From Azolla caroliniana (lineage: Eukaryota > Plantae > Polypodiophyta): a DNA stretch of 17,094 bases. Of the stretch, positions 1-9,947 are shown one piece after another. How positions within the stretch are numbered: the first letter of the stretch is position 1; the number at the start of each line of letters is the position of its first letter. The position numbers were made by a program, and so were the translations under genes. Where the stretch lies: positions 1 to 17,094 of the forward strand of contig JBHGNT010000707.1 in the NCBI GenBank assembly GCA_043228905.1, given 5' to 3'. The notes beneath the pieces were generated by a model. That model did no database searches. It had not been told where the DNA came from and saw only the letters and a list, made by a program, of their open reading frames with translations.

Positions 1-472
1 ACACATTGAAGAGAAGAGTACATAGGATGTTTACGTGGAAAACCCAAACTAGGGAAAAACCACGGCAGCCCACAGGCTACAAACTATCACTATGTTAGAA
101 TGTACAACAGTGAGTTCACAGAGGCAACGACCTCGTGCTCACGATCTTCGCCACAGGCGGCGGTTTCAACAGAGGCAACGAACTCTTCCTCTCTCTCTCT
201 CACTCTCTGTACACTATTACGCACTCTGGTCTTGCGTAGACAATAAAAAAAAATTACTAAATGTTTGCCCTAAGTCATATTTATACTAATATGACTTTTC
301 GGCTATTTACAAATATAGCCACGATGGACTCTCAGAAACATAGTTACGAATATGTCTCTTCATCCGGTGAGCACTTCTCACTGGGTCTGCACCATCCGGC
401 TCTCCGTAGCCGAGTACTCGTCATCAGCATTGTTCTTCTCCCTTCCCATCCGGAGGGACCTATCTCCCAGCA
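1..472 (-). mobile_element. Copia-type LTR (5' LTR or solo LTR), far end outside the window
   Basis: On the minus strand it starts TGCTGGGAGATAGGTCCCTCCGGATGGGAAG at 472, matching the start of the solo LTR at 14945 (TGTTTGGAAACATGTCCCTCCGGATGGGAAG). It shares the GGCTATATTTGTAAATAG...AGTATAAATA...TAGGG block and a CCGTGGTTTTTCCC...GGGTTTTCCACG U5-type motif. Gypsy pol resumes at 473. Confidence 0.85.
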
Positions 473-844
473 GTTACTACCGGATCAGAAAGAGGCGATG
501 ATAGCACTGCTCAGGAAGTATAAAGATGTGTTTGCTTGGTCCCACGAGGACATGAAGGGATTAGATCTGAAGTTCTATCGACATAAGATCAATTTAGCGA
601 CTGATGCGAAACTAGTCCAGTAGCGTTGATACCACATGAATCCAAATTACGCGGCTCGCGTAAAAGAGGAAATTGACAAACTTCTCTAGGCCGGATTCAT
701 TCAACCAGTCAAGCAAGCTACATGGCTAAGCCCAATAGTAGTCATACCAAAGAAAAATGGAAAAATACGTGTGTGCGTGGACTACCGGAAATTGAACGTT
801 GTAACCATTATGGACGCGTCCCCTTTACCTTTCACCGACAATGT
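473..844 (+). pseudogene. Ty3/Gypsy (non-chromovirus, Athila/Tat-like) pol, RT N-terminal part, decayed
   Basis: Reads LLRKYKDVFAWSHEDMKG...KEEIDKLL*AGFIQPV..ATWLSPIVVIPKKNGKIRVCVDYRKLN...PLPFTDN with in-frame stops. Confidence 0.93.
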
Positions 845-1967
845 TGTCGTGAAGATCCGTCACTACGTGCGGATCGCGAGGCAGTACCGTCGGGGTTTTG
901 GACCAGAAGGATTCGAAGTTGTACTAGCTTTAGCGAGAAAGGAATTAAGATAGATTGGAAGAGAGAGAGATTGAGATAAGATAGAACGCTTGATTTTAGA
1001 TTGAGAGAGCTTAAGATTGGACCCTTGACTTTAGGTTTAAGAAACAAGATACACCATCAATTGGAGAACAACTTTTCTTCTTCTTAAATTCTTGAATCAT
1101 ACCTAGCCTCCTTTTGATCTTTTTCATCGATCCTTTTATAGATGCTCCCATGCATATGATGCATGTGAGGGTACAAGACATGCATACAATGCATGGAATT
1201 CATGTGATGCATGTTTGCCATTTGTCGCTCATGCATCACATGTCACTCAATCAAGCTCTAATATGAGAATTTATATGTAAAAGTATAATGATAAGGAAAA
1301 GATTTCTAAGGAAATGTCATAGCTTAATGGTAAGTCTATAGACTCTCAATGTGGAGGTGAAAGGATCAAGTGTTCACTTGCACTCCTTTTGAATATACAT
1401 ACATATATATACATATGTTTTTATTATTATTAATGTATTCGTACAAGGTGTTTCTCCATCTGGTCGCCGTCGCCGGATGATGCCGTCAGTTGCCGGATCC
1501 ATCACCGGACGCTGGACGCCGGATGCCGCCAATTACCGCCGGTTACCGTCGTCGGTCGCCGTCGCCGGAGTCGTCCAAAACCCATAGTTATATGCATTTG
1601 GCTACATCCATTTGTTAAGTCATACAACTTAACCTTTCTATGCTCCACACATAGACACAAAGATAATAGCTTTTTGCTCTACCTTATATATGGTGGGATC
1701 TTTATTTGTGCTATGTGGGATATCACATATTTTTCTCTTCTTCTTTGGAAACTTCATACCCACATAACTTGATACTTAGATGTCCGTTTCATACGTAGTA
1801 AAGTACATTCAGAAGCTCTTCAAGACCTCCATCTTTTTGTATCAACATATTAAACTTATTTAAAATAGTATCTTTACTATTATTGTTTTATATTTCGTGA
1901 GAAGAACCACACTCGATTTCGTATGTTTCTTACAAGTTTCACATTTTCGCCGAAAATCTTCACGACA
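845..1967 (-). mobile_element. 1123-bp non-coding insertion with 12-bp terminal inverted repeats and 4-bp TSD (solo LTR or non-autonomous Ginger-like element)
   Basis: TGTCGTGAAGAT (845-856) and ATCTTCACGACA (1956-1967) are perfect inverted repeats. Flanks are ATGT and GCGT. Removing the element plus 4 bp restores PFTDNVLDVVAGH. Strand is inferred from CTATAAAAGG on the minus strand at 1132-1141. Confidence 0.88.
1320..1377 (+). promoter_or_regulatory. Degenerate tRNA-like Pol III A-box/B-box cassette
   Basis: TAGCTTAATGG (1320-1330) fits TRGCNNARYGG exactly. GGATCAAGT (1363-1371) is a degenerate B box at tRNA spacing and is flanked by a GTGAA/TTCAC stem. Confidence 0.5.
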
Positions 1968-3759
1968 GCGTACTGGATGTTGTTGCAGGGCATGACATGT
2001 ACAACTTTCTAGATGGCTTCAGTGGGTACAATCAACTACACATGCACCCCGAAGACCAAGAGAAGACGACGTTTGTCACGGACTAGGGAGTTTATGTATC
2101 AATCGTAATGATGTTCGGGCTAAAGACCACATTTCAGCGGACAATCACGGAGATTTTTGGGGAATATATACCCATCTTCATGCAGGTCTTTTAAGACGAT
2201 TTTGCGGTATATGGAACAACAGCAGAATAATTTATGCATCTACAACTTTGCTTGGAGCGTTGCCGAACTTCACGCTTAAGCCTAAATCCCGCCAAATGTG
2301 CCTTCATCGTCACCAGTGGAGCCCTCCTCGGCAACCTAGTCAGTAAGGAGGGGATAACGGTCGATCCAAACAAAATCTCCACGATTACTCACGCAAAGAC
2401 ACCGACAAATGCCAAAGCACTCAACCGGTGTCTGGGACAAATACGATGGCACAATTGGATGATACGCTATTTGGCGGATTTCACCACACCATTACATGCC
2501 GTCGTCCACCGTACTCCTTTCAAATGGACAACAACGGAAGGAAAGACGTATGATGCGCTAAAAATAATGCTAACGCAGGCTCTGGTCGTACAGCCACTAG
2601 TTTGGGCGAAACCATTTCACGTGTATGTGGATGCCTTGGATATAGCAATAGGTAGTGCGTTGATGCAGCTCACGGAGCCAAATTAGTACCGACTAGTGTA
2701 CTATGCCAGTCGGAAACTCTCAATGGCTGAGCGTAACTATTCCACAACGGAACATGAAGCGTTCGGTATGATATACAACATCAATAAATTCCGGCATTAT
2801 CTACTAGGGTGAAAATTCACATTTCACGTGGATCATACGACATTGCTATATCTGGTGGGGAAGTAGGCCTTGATAGTAAAATTGGCTAGATGGATGTTGT
2901 TGCTCCAAGAATTCAACTTTGTAATTTAGCACCGACCGGGTACGCAACACGTGGTGGCAGATTTCTTGAATAGATTGGACAATGGAGAAATGGCGCAAAA
3001 AGATGACGACGACTTTCCGGATGAAGACATTCAACGTATAGCAACTTTAATAGCAAGAACAGAAAAGACTTTTCCGGATCAGTCGTTGACGGAAATGACC
3101 TACTTTCTGACCACGGGGTTACCGCCACCACAACTAAGGACGGACGAGAAAAAACGGTTGGCCGTCCGGAGTCGTAATTTCTGTTTAGTCAAAGAAGTCG
3201 TATATCACAAAGGCAGTGACAGCATCTGGAGTCGCGGAATACGGCAGGATGAGAAGGCAGTGGTTTTACGCGAAGGTCACTGTGGTACGGCGGGAGGACA
3301 TTACGCGGGCGATGTTACGGCCCGGAAAATCTGGCAAGCAGGACTCTGGTGGCTGACTACGCAATAGGATGTGTATGAATATTGCAAATAGTGCGATTTA
3401 TGTCAATGGATGAACCAGCCCACGGAACTTGCAAGAATGCCACATCAACAGGTGTTGTCGTTGGATCCTTTCCAAAAGTGGGGGCTCGATTTTGTGGGGC
3501 CCTTTACACCGGTGGTTGCCCGAACCGGCAATAAGTATATCCTGGTGGCTATGGATTACTACACCATGTGGGTAGAAGCGAAAGCACTACGCGAAAATAT
3601 CGCGGTAGTCACGACGAAATTTCTTTACAAACAGATCTGGTGTCGTTTTGGCTGCCCTATTGAGCTCATCAGTGACCAAGGGAGTCACTTTCTGAATATG
3701 GTCATCAACGAACTAACCCAACACTATGTCGTGGTCCACAAAAAGAGTACGCCATATTA
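1968..3759 (+). pseudogene. Ty3/Gypsy pol continued: RT, RNase H, integrase zinc finger and part of the core; decayed and 3' truncated
   Basis: Motifs [59 protein letters not shown](CGTAGG)H...C..CDLC, FQKWGLDFVGP, FGCPIELISDQGSHF, ending KKSTPY. Several stops and frameshifts. Confidence 0.95.
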
Positions 3760-3780
3760 AATACGGGTACGTAAACAACC

Positions 3781-6600
3781 ATGGCGTCAACACACAAGCT
3801 GTATTTCGAGCGGAAGCCGAATTTAAGGCACCTTAGGGTATTCGGCAACATTGCCTATGTGCATGTGCCGGATGGGAGGTGGAGAAAGTTGGACCCAAAG
3901 TTGGAGAAGTGCATCCTAGTCAACTACTCTCATGAGCAAAAGAGGTATACATGCTACAACCCCTGGACAAAGACAGTCCGACTAAGCCGAGATGTCAAAT
4001 TTGACGAATCGGCATCATGGTACCTCTACCGACTCTGACCCCCGACTCCAACCCGATTCCAAAAGATGAGGCTAATGAGCCCAAAACGACCCGGCCAGAA
4101 GATGAAGAAGGATTCGGTACTCTAGACGAGAGTCCGTTCTCTTCCCAGTTGAGCGGGCCGAATGAAGAGTTGAGCCAGAAAGACCAGCAGAACAATGAGC
4201 CGGGGAGTAGTGGAGACTCGATCGTGCTCTCCCCGTGCAAGGAATCGTGGAGACGGTTCATGCACCAAGAGAAGGGGAAGAAGAAGATGCTAGAATAGGA
4301 CACCAGTAGGGAGGGTTCGGATCAGAGTGAATCTGACTCCGGCAAGAATGAGGATGGACCTTCGGAGACTAAGTCCGAATCGGCCAGGAGAACCGTTAAA
4401 TCGGATAGCGAGAGGTTACGCCAATCGACCCGCCAGAAGAAACCCGTGAAGCGGTATGGGGATAATGAGTACATGACGCATCACTATGCGTGCATGATGA
4501 AAGTGGTGGAAGTGTGTAAGCCGGAGAGCTATGCTGAAGTGGCAAAGGATGCGCATTGGCATGCCACTATGGAGGAAGAGATGCGGGCACTTGATGCCAA
4601 TGACACATGGGACCTTGTTGACCCTCCCAATGTTGCAAACCGATCGGCTGCAAGTGGGTATTCAAGGTGAAGTACAATGTCGACGGTTCGGTCAACCAGT
4701 ACAAGGCCCGATTAGTGGCCAAAGGATATGTGCAGACCTACAGAATCGACTACGACGAGACCTTCGCTCCGGTAGCGAAGATGATGACGGTTCATGTGGT
4801 GCTAGCAATTGTTGCGGTAAGGGGATGACATCTTCACCAAAGGGACGTGAAGAATGCGCTTCTTCAAGGTGATCTTGAAGAGTAGCTCTACATGATCTAG
4901 TCCCCGAGGTGTTCAGTCGAAGATGAATTGGTCGGCAGTGTGCCGACTCAAGAAGTTGCTTTACGGCTTGAAGGAAGCCCCTATGCTTGGAATTCAAGAT
5001 CATGCACCGGTTGCATAAGATGGAGTTTGCGGCCTCCAAGTCGGACTCGTCGTTGTTCATCTGGAAAGGTCCAGAAGGTCCGATGTGTCATCATCGGACC
5101 CGAACTCGCTGAAATGGGTTGAGTGAAGTGCCAATTGTTGGATGCATTCGAAATGAAGGACCTGGGGAACCTTAATTACTTCATCGGGATCAATGTGATC
5201 CATACCCCCGATGGCATATTTCTCTCACAACGACATTATGTGTTGAGTATGATGTACAAGTTCGACATGACCGATTGCCAACCAGTCGCAACACCCCTCG
5301 ACCGGAACCTAAAGCTTCATCCCGACTTCAAACCAGCTTGCAGCGAGAAATGGTTCCAACAAATTGTCTGAAGTCTCATCTATCTTGCTATCACTCGACG
5401 CAACATCAGCTATCCGGTCAAGATAATAAGTCAGTTTATGCAGAAGCCGACAGTGAAGCACCTTCAGTGTGTGCATTGACTACTCAGTTATGTTGGCGGC
5501 ACTAAAGAGCATGGATTATTATATCGACATAGTAGAACCGAAAAGCTAGTCGGTTATACAGACACTAACTAGGCCGGTGACTCGTCAGATCGTCACTCCA
5601 CTTCCGATTTTATGTTCTCTCTTGGTGGCACAGCTGTTGCATGGAGCAGTAAGAAACAATCGGCATTGACTCAATCGAGTAGTGAGGCTAAGTATCGGGG
5701 CGCTACCGTCACCACCTGTGAAACCATATGGCTTCATAGGCTGTTGCAAGACCTCCGGATCGAAGTACCGACACTGATCCCGATCTATTGTGACAACATA
5801 AGTAGCATGCAGCTAGCCAAGAACCCTATGTTTCATGCTCGAATGAAGCACATAGAAGTGCATTATCACTTTGTGCGTGAACGGGTCCTGGGCAATGAAG
5901 TCAAACTTCGGTACGTTCGGACGGATCAGCAGGTTGCCGACATCTTCACCAAGGCACTCGGAACAAAAAAATTGCAGCATTTTGTGGAAATGCTTGGGTT
6001 ACAACACCTCCACATTCCGCACTTGAGGGGGAGAACCGGAACGGAAACCGGGAGAACAGGCAAAGGCACCGGAAAATCAGCCGAAGAGGAGGAAACAACC
6101 GAAACGGGGGGAGACAAGGATGAAAATGAAGCTAAATCCGAACAAGTTGGAACAAGTGGCAACGACAGCAGAGTGAAGAAGGATAGAGCCGACCGGAAGA
6201 AGAAGACCAAGACCCAGACATGGTCTGATGTTGTGAAGGACCTTAAGATCGAGCACGAGTTGGAGATAGCCAACTCAGACAAGAGGGGGAATTAATCGAA
6301 GGTAGTCGATTCAGTTCAATTGTTTGATTTGGAGGAGCCGGATCAATTGAAGGCCAAGCAGACAAGAAGGCAGCGGTAGTCGACACCAGCATGAAGAGGC
6401 TGACAGGTCGAGAAGCGTCGAGGACACAATAGCAAGGGAGCTAAGTTGGGCCTTAAGATCAGGCAAGCCGACCGAGAAGGTCGAGGTGCATGGAACTGGG
6501 CGGGTCATGTAAAGCGGGACCAGATGGGTTGAGGAGGAGGAGGGAAGGACCAACAAACACTGATACCACCATCCGACCTCAAGTTGAGGTTGAGGGGGAG
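3781..6600 (+). mobile_element. Ty1/Copia internal region, 5' truncated: integrase C-terminus, RT, RNase H, 3' extension; decayed
   Basis: Motifs KPNLRHLRVFG.IAYVHVP..KLDPK..KCILV.Y, SRDVKFDE, TWDLV, IGCKWVFKVK...YKARLVAKGY.Q...IDYDETFAPVAK, FEMKDLG.L.YFIG, WSSKKQ..SS.EA.Y, IYCDN, KHIEVHYHFVRE, QVADIFTKAL. The YVDD region appears deleted near 5085. Confidence 0.95.
6592..6600 (+). other. Polypurine tract of the Copia element
   Basis: GAGGGGGAG immediately precedes the TGTTGAG LTR start at 6601. Confidence 0.9.
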
Positions 6601-6905
6601 TGTTGAGCGGACAAACTCGATCGGATCCGGGATCGGCTAAATAAGCTAGAGATGGATCGGAGAGCCTGACCCATGTGTGAACCGATAGGCCGTTGGAGGC
6701 CGTTATCCTAGGAGTTAGTGTCTGATGCTCTGTACGATCATTGAAGTACTTCTGTGAGTCCTTGGTAGACTTGTATAAAAGTGCTCACTGAGCACATTGT
6801 ATGAACAGAGTCTTCGAGTATTTTTTGAATCAGAGTTTTTCGTTCTGCTCTCTTTATCTCTCCCGCTCTCTCTATGTGTTCTGTGGAGTTTCCATTAAAT
6901 CTTAG
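6601..6905 (+). mobile_element. Copia 3' LTR, truncated at its 3' end
   Basis: Starts TGTTGAGCGGACAAACTC after the PPT, with TATAAAA near 6775. It is colinear with the solo LTR at 12785-13280 (CATTGAAGTACT, GACTTGTATAAAA, GTTCTGCTCTCTTT, GTTTCCATTAAA) until about 6905. Confidence 0.88.
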
Positions 6906-6919
6906 TTCCATTTTCTATT

Positions 6920-7167
6920 GCTAATATTTGCATAGATATTTACATAGATTACTCACTTGAAGATTTATGAGACACAAGTGAACGAGAAGGAAGTTTTGCA
7001 TCAATATTTATGAGACACAAGGAAAAAATCAAAAGTGAACGAGAAGGAAGTTCGTTAGCTTCTGCATGCTAATATATACATAGATTACTCACTTAAAGAT
7101 TTATGAGACACAAGTCAACGAGAAGGAAGTTTTGCATCAATATTTATGAGACATCAGAAAAAAATCT
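6920..7167. repeat. Patchwork filler DNA with a 136-bp-period duplication
   Basis: 6950-6996 and 7086-7132 each match 8550-8596 at 45/47. Shorter copies lie at 7006-7020, 7033-7052 and 7142-7153. Confidence 0.88.
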
Positions 7168-7592
7168 CATTTTGAATATTTTGCATAGAAAGAGTTGTCA
7201 CACAACTTTTGGAAAACAAATCAAACATGTTGAACATGATCTTGCAAGGTACGACTATGTATGAGAATATTATCCAGGAAGACGACAACAAAATCACTGA
7301 GTTTATCTCGGAAAAAATCATTCATCGTTTCTTGGAATGTGGCAAGATCATTAGTCAACCTGAAAGGCATGAGTAAAAACTCATAATGGCCATAGTGCAT
7401 ACGAAAAGCGGTTTTAGGAATATCATCTTCGGCAATGGGAATCTACTGATAACTTCGGGCCCCATGCAAATGATCAATCAAATCATCGGCATTAGGTAAC
7501 CGATATGCATTTTTTTATTATCATTTTGTTTGAACGGCGATAATTGATACACATTCGCCATGAACCTTCTCCTTAACTAACAGAACTAGCGA
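7168..7592 (-). pseudogene. Chromovirus-type Gypsy RT core, decayed
   Basis: Minus strand reads WRMCINYRR...DDLIDHLHGA...DIPKTAFRMHYGHYEFLLMPFRLTN...FVVVFLDNILIHS...YAKYSK. Confidence 0.92.
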
Positions 7593-8243
7593 TGTCATGC
7601 CTTTCGTCGCCGGATCGTTTGCGTGAGTCGGATGGGAACCGATGGGGTTTTGGACTAGGAGAAAGAAGAATATGAGACAATGTTAGTTAGAAAAAGATTG
7701 CAAGAAGAAGATATGAAAATCGTGAACCCCACGAGTATAGTGTATTAATTGATACTTAGATTGTAAGAGAGAAATAGATGGCAAAATCGTGGATCCCACG
7801 AATATTTTATATTAATCAATCCTTACAAAAAAATCAACAACCATATACATCTTTCTCTCTTCCTTATATAGTGATGGAAGAGTCTAAGTTTATCACATGC
7901 AAGCATCATGCTTTTTCTAACTTTAGTTTTCATGCACACTACATGTGCATGATTAGTTCTCTATCACATCTTTTCTTTTAACTTGAGTGTGTATGCATGA
8001 ATAACTTTTTCTATCATGCTTATCTAGAATATTTACATGGGATAAAGTTTAATATAACATTAAAACTCATAATATGCTAGTATAGTGATAAGGCTTAAAA
8101 TCATTAACATGGAGGTACAGGGTTCAAATCCTGCCCTATGCATGTAACAATATTTTTAATATTTTCTTTTATTTATTTATGCGTACTACAATTAGATATA
8201 TTTTTTTACATATTTCACGTAGTGTGTGAATTACACTACGACA
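7593..8243 (-). mobile_element. 651-bp non-coding insertion related to 845-1967, with 4-bp TSD
   Basis: Ends are TGTCAT...ACGACA with flanks GCGA and GCGC. Removing the element plus 4 bp restores RT SPWRALVLLVK on the minus strand. It shares GGGGTTTTGGAC near the left end, a minus-strand TATA (7862-7871), a CATG-rich block and the tRNA-like cassette with 845-1967. Confidence 0.85.
8078..8134 (+). promoter_or_regulatory. Degenerate tRNA-like Pol III A-box/B-box cassette
   Basis: TAGTATAGTGATAAG (8078-8092) is D-arm-like. GGTTCAAATCC (8121-8131) is a consensus B box within CAGG...CCTG. Spacing is the same as at 1320-1377. Confidence 0.55.
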
Positions 8244-9028
8244 GCGCACGCCAAGGTGATTTAATAAACCTAATGTGCCCCATACTCAAGTATTCCTTAA
8301 GTTGTTTAGCGATCTCATCCTCTTGTAATCAACTAAGTCGATAAGGTGGAATCCTCATAAGAGCAGCACCGGTGATGAGTTCAATATGATGGTCCACATT
8401 ACGTTTTGGTGGTAAAGTAACGAGCAATTAATTAGGAAACAGGTCGTCAAAATTGTCGTTCATAATGTGGTAATTGTGTGGCGTCAATATTAAAATAATA
8501 AAATTGAGACGCGGGATCAATTACACACCAATAAATTGATGAACTAGAATACTCACTTAAAGATTTATGAGACAGAAGTGAACGAGAAGGAAGTTTGGAA
8601 CATTGAATAAAATGTTTACAATTATTAAGTTCAAATGTGATTGAATGATTAGCCCAATCAATGGACAAAGAAGGGTTCATCTGCGGATGATAGTTTCATA
8701 ACATAAAAGTCAAGCTTTTCCATATAGGTATCTATTTGAATTGGCAGTTGACAAACAATGCCACTGATGTATTAGAAGCCTCCATTTTCGACGTGAACTT
8801 GATAGATATGATCACTTGCGTTTATGTGGAGTTGCATTTGCTGCACCAGGTGATCATTAAGAAAATTGTGAGAACTACCGGAATCAAACAAGAAATGTGC
8901 TTATGTTCCATTGATATACCTGAGTGCTCGGAGTAAATCATTAGGTCCAAGTAAATGTGAAGGAAAAGTATTCACATGAACTTAAGTTATTGGTATGAAC
9001 TTCAATAACATCAAAAGCCTCAACTTTG
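8244..9028 (-). pseudogene. Chromovirus aspartic protease, linker and RT N-terminus, decayed
   Basis: Minus strand reads HFLFDSGSSHNFLN (protease active site), LPIQIDTYMEKLDFYVM, SIDWANHSITF, LPPKRNVDHHIEL, PPYRLS, KQLKEYLSMGHIR..KSPW. Confidence 0.9.
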
Positions 9029-9061
9029 TGACTCGTCGATTTGTCTTGAGGAGGGGTGTTC
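9029..9061. repeat. Direct repeat, left flank of the misplaced integrase segment (partner 9948-9979)
   Basis: TGACTCGTCGATTTGTCTTGAGGAGGGGTGTTC versus TGACTCATAGATTTGTCTTGAGGAGGGTGTTC: 2 substitutions and 1 indel. Confidence 0.92.
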
Positions 9062-9947
9062 ATTGACTTCCATTGCGCACTTGTTCTTTTAAGATTGCTT
9101 CATGTTCTTCAACTTCCTCACTTAGGTTAATCTTCTGGCTCCAATGTTTATCTGCATGAAATCTCGTAAGCAAACTTACCTGAAATGTATCATGCACCTT
9201 GATAGAACTAGGGAATTTTAGCTTGTAAGTAACTCCATTAAAACTTTGTAGCACTTCATATGGCCCATAATAACGATGGTTAAATTTAGGTGAGAGTCGT
9301 CCAGGTAAAGGCCAATGAACGACACTAACGAGGACCAAATCGCATTTGAAAAAATCGATGTGTTGACGTTTTTTGTTAGTTGCCCAAACCATTCATTCCT
9401 TTGATTGTTGTAATCCTTGTTGTGCAACCCTCATTGTTGCTTGCCAATCTGCTAGAAAAAGATCGACATCGGGCTCTTTCATTTTATCTCGAACATCATG
9501 AGAGACCAAAGTCAATGGAGTAAGAACTTGCTTCCCTATAGCTAATTCAAAAGGAGAAAAACTAGTGGCAAAATGTTTAGAGGAGTTATAACAAAATTCC
9601 AGCATATCGATATGATCCACCCAATCTTTTTGATCCACCTGCACATAACAACAAATGTTGTCTTCAAGAGTTTGATTTACCCTTTCCGTTTGGCCATCAG
9701 TTTGGGGATGAGCCATAGAAGGCATTTGAAGTTGTGTGTCTAGCAATTTGAACAATTCTTGTCAAAATCGACTAGTAAAATGTGGATCTGTATCTCATAC
9801 GATAACCGCAGGCATGCGATGATATTTAAAGATATGTTTGAATAACAATTTGGCTACCTGGAGGGCTATGAGAGGTGGTTTTATTGGTACAAAGTGAGCT
9901 TGTTTTGAGAAATAGTCGATGACCACCATGATCGCATTGTAACCTCT
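9062..9947 (-). pseudogene. Chromovirus integrase core, GPY/F motif and probable start of chromodomain; decayed and out of order
   Basis: Reads GYNAIMVVIDYFSKQAHFVP, DTDPHFTSRF, HPQTDGQTERVNQTLE, EFCYNSS, YYGPYEVL, YKLKFP...VHDTFQVSLL, EVEEHEAILK. Confidence 0.92.

Noticed and set aside
261-623. 120-aa ORF as a gene
   Set aside because: Chance fusion of antisense LTR sequence to the Gypsy pol frame.
892-903. GGGGTTTTGG as a telomeric repeat
   Set aside because: Single units inside insertions and not the plant TTTAGGG type.
6558-6568. Minus-strand TGGTATCAGTG resembling an initiator-Met tRNA primer binding site
   Set aside because: No LTR-ending CA precedes it and it is antisense to the element. 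Probably chance.
6950-7153. CRISPR-like array (also 11550-11688 and 13146-13230)
   Set aside because: No unique spacers between constant repeats, no cas genes, and a eukaryotic retroelement context.
8070-8142. Functional tRNA gene (also 1312-1386)
   Set aside because: No convincing acceptor or anticodon stem, so reported only as a tRNA-like cassette.
9062-9947. New retrotransposon lineage with natural gag-INT-PR-RT order
   Set aside because: The integrase lacks its N-terminal part and is flanked by a target duplication, which indicates secondary rearrangement.
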